A stretch of 39,644 nt of DNA from Pseudomonadota bacterium (GTDB lineage: Bacteria > Desulfobacterota > Desulfobacteria > Desulfobacterales > JBDRRP01): positions 62,001 to 101,644 of the forward strand of contig JBDRRP010000064.1 of NCBI GenBank assembly GCA_043825735.1, in the 5' to 3' direction. Under the pieces are notes generated by a model. The model searched no databases. It was not told where the DNA came from and saw only the letters and a program-made list of their open reading frames with translations. Below, piece after piece: positions 37,730 to 39,644 of the stretch (positions are counted from its first letter, which is position 1; each line of letters begins with the position of its first letter). Position numbers and translations under genes: made by a program.

Positions 37730-39427
37730 ATGCTGAGCATTCGAAAAATCGGTGTTATCAGCAGAACCTACCGCAACTTAAACCGCTATCGACGGATCCT
37801 GACGGTCTTGTTTAAATACGGGTTCGGCGATCTCGTTGATCTGCTCAGACTCGATCAGTACCTGGAAGTCGGGATGAATCTCATCTCCCGCAACGGTCCT
37901 GAAACCTTTCACCGGCAGACCCGGGCCGCGCGCACCCGTATGGCGCTCGAAGAGCTGGGCCCCACCTTTATCAAACTGGGGCAGCTCTTGAGCACACGGC
38001 CCGATCTTGTCTCGGTGGACTTTGTCTACGAACTGGCCAAACTCCAGGATAATGTTCCCCCCTCAGCGCCGACCCATATCCGCGAGCAGGTGCTCCACGA
38101 ACTGGGCGGTCTGCCGGAAGAAATCTTCAGCGACTTCGAAGAAGCCCCCGTCGCATCGGCCTCCATCGGGCAGGTGCACCGGGCCACCACCCATGACGGC
38201 GCATCGGTAGCCGTTAAAATCCAGCGCCCCGGGGTCAAGCGCATCATCGAAGTGGATCTGGAAATCATGCTTCATCTGGCCACCCTGGCCGAGCGTCACA
38301 TCGAGGAGATGGCCTTCCACCGCCCTGTCAAGATTGTCGAGGAGTTCGCCCGCAGCCTGGAACGGGAAATCGACTATTCGGTGGAAGCCGGCAGCATGGA
38401 GCGCATGGCGCTCAACTACGAGGGCGACCAGTCCGTCTACATCCCTAAAGTGTACCGAGAACTATCCACATCGCGCATCCTGACCATGGAATACATCCCC
38501 GGCATCAAGATATCGGACAGAGAAACTCTGACCGAGGCCGGTCTCGATCTAAAAACCATCACTTCCCGGGGGGCCTGGTTTTATCTCAGCCAGGTTTTTG
38601 AAAAAGGGTTTTTCCACGCCGATCCGCATCCGGGGAACATTTTCGTTTTGCCCGACAATGTCATCTGCCTGCTCGACTTCGGGATGATGGGCAAACTCGA
38701 CAGCCGCACGCGGGAAGACTTTGTCGACCTGGTGGATGCCGTGGTCAACCGCCGGGCGGAGCGCACCACGCGGGTGCTCCTGAAGCTGACCGAATGGGAG
38801 CGGGAGCCGGACATGCGGGCCATGGCCCATGATGCCTCCGATTTCATGGATCGGCACCTGTTCAAGCCGCTCAAAGACATCGCAATGGGGAAAGTCCTCA
38901 ACGAGCTCATGGACCTGGCCGCCCGTCACAGCCTGCGCATCCCCCCGGATCTGTTTTTGATGATGAAGGCCATGGTTACCATCGAAGGCGTGGCCACCAT
39001 GCTCGACCCGTCGTTCAACATGGTGGCCGCCACCGCACCGTTCATCGAGAAGGTCAAGCTGGAGCGCTTCAAGCCGAAACGCATCGCCAGCGACATCTTC
39101 ACCTTCGGCTCCGACATTGTCCGGTTCATGGACCGGTTTCCCAAGGACCTGATGGAGATCAGTCTGCTTCTCAAAAAGCACCAACTCTCCATCCGCCTGG
39201 AGCACCAGGGGCTTCAGAGCCTTTTGGATGCGCACAATCAGATCAGCAACCGCATTTCCTTTTCCATCATCATCGCGGCACTGCTCATCGGCTCGGCGCT
39301 CATCGTCATCTCCAAGACCCCACCGCTTTTCTACGGCATCTCGATCATCGGCATCATCGGCTTTCTCTTCGCTGCGGTGCTCGGCATCTGGCTGCTCATC
39401 GCCATTTTGCGCAAGGGAAGTCTCTAA
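37730..39427 (+). CDS. ubiB: AarF/ABC1/UbiB-family atypical kinase with C-terminal TM helices
   Basis: LGPTFIKLGQ (KxGQ), ASASIGQVH, VKIQRP, HADPHPGN and LDFGM motifs. Confidence 0.9.
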   Translation: MLSIRKIGVISRTYRNLNRYRRILTVLFKYGFGDLVDLLRLDQYLEVGMNLISRNGPETFHRQTRAARTRMALEELGPTFIKLGQLLSTRPDLVSVDFVYELAKLQDNVPPSAPTHIREQVLHELGGLPEEIFSDFEEAPVASASIGQVHRATTHDGASVAVKIQRPGVKRIIEVDLEIMLHLATLAERHIEEMAFHRPVKIVEEFARSLEREIDYSVEAGSMERMALNYEGDQSVYIPKVYRELSTSRILTMEYIPGIKISDRETLTEAGLDLKTITSRGAWFYLSQVFEKGFFHADPHPGNIFVLPDNVICLLDFGMMGKLDSRTREDFVDLVDAVVNRRAERTTRVLLKLTEWEREPDMRAMAHDASDFMDRHLFKPLKDIAMGKVLNELMDLAARHSLRIPPDLFLMMKAMVTIEGVATMLDPSFNMVAATAPFIEKVKLERFKPKRIASDIFTFGSDIVRFMDRFPKDLMEISLLLKKHQLSIRLEHQGLQSLLDAHNQISNRISFSIIIAALLIGSALIVISKTPPLFYGISIIGIIGFLFAAVLGIWLLIAILRKGSL

Positions 39428-39428
39428 A

Positions 39429-39644
39429 TAGTGTCCATCCAGAAATGGTAGATTTTGGTTCAGAGCAAGGCTTGAGCATTTTCGAAACCGGAGGAATAGC
39501 GGAGCTATTTGTCTTGGAAACCCGGTGCTTCGCACCGTGTTCCAGACGAACAGCCCGAGGACTTGTCCGCCTTCGGCGGATTTCGAAAAGCGCGGGCCAG
39601 CCCAGCGAGCGACTGCGAGCGAATCGGAAATGCCCTAAGTCCTT
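39429..39644. repeat. Nested palindromic REP/MITE-like element, probably running off the window end
   Basis: TTTTCGAAA/TTTCGAAAA arms (39479-87, 39581-89) enclosing three short hairpins with 3-nt loops; begins immediately after the ubiB stop. Confidence 0.55.

Overview
GC-rich, gene-dense chromosomal segment, by gene content most likely from a sulfate-reducing Desulfobacterales-type deltaproteobacterium (inference). In order, it contains: the 3' end of thrC; a LysM protein and a PilF/Tgl-like TPR lipoprotein converging on the XRE-HTH-pilMNOPQ type IV pilus operon; a divergent sensor kinase and sigma54 (NtrC-family) response regulator; a minus-strand run of K+ channel, recN, Fur-FeoA-FeoA fusion, feoB, SH3 protein, PfkB kinase and TPR protein; a plus-strand run of rdgB, truncated nitroreductase, GTP-PEPCK, ampG and DUF6178-like protein; a minus-strand cluster of cooC/acsF, HDAC (AcuC-like), AcuB, PrmA-like, MBL hydrolase, sirtuin and RACo-like ASKHA ATPase; then acyl-CoA dehydrogenase, a phasin-like protein and a UbiB/ABC1 kinase. 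The best hidden signal is in the ORF-free gap after the sigma54 regulator (12958-13389). It holds two near-identical palindromic sites 80 bp apart, an IHF-like site, a -24/-12 promoter and a predicted ~75-nt terminated RNA whose 5' part is the exact complement of a Shine-Dalgarno plus AUG-AAG-AAG start region, i.e. a candidate two-component/sigma54-controlled anti-RBS sRNA. Also present are a candidate ~170-nt structured RNA between convergent genes and several REP/MITE-like repeats. No rRNA, tRNA, CRISPR array or transposase was recognised. All calls are by eye; no searches were run.
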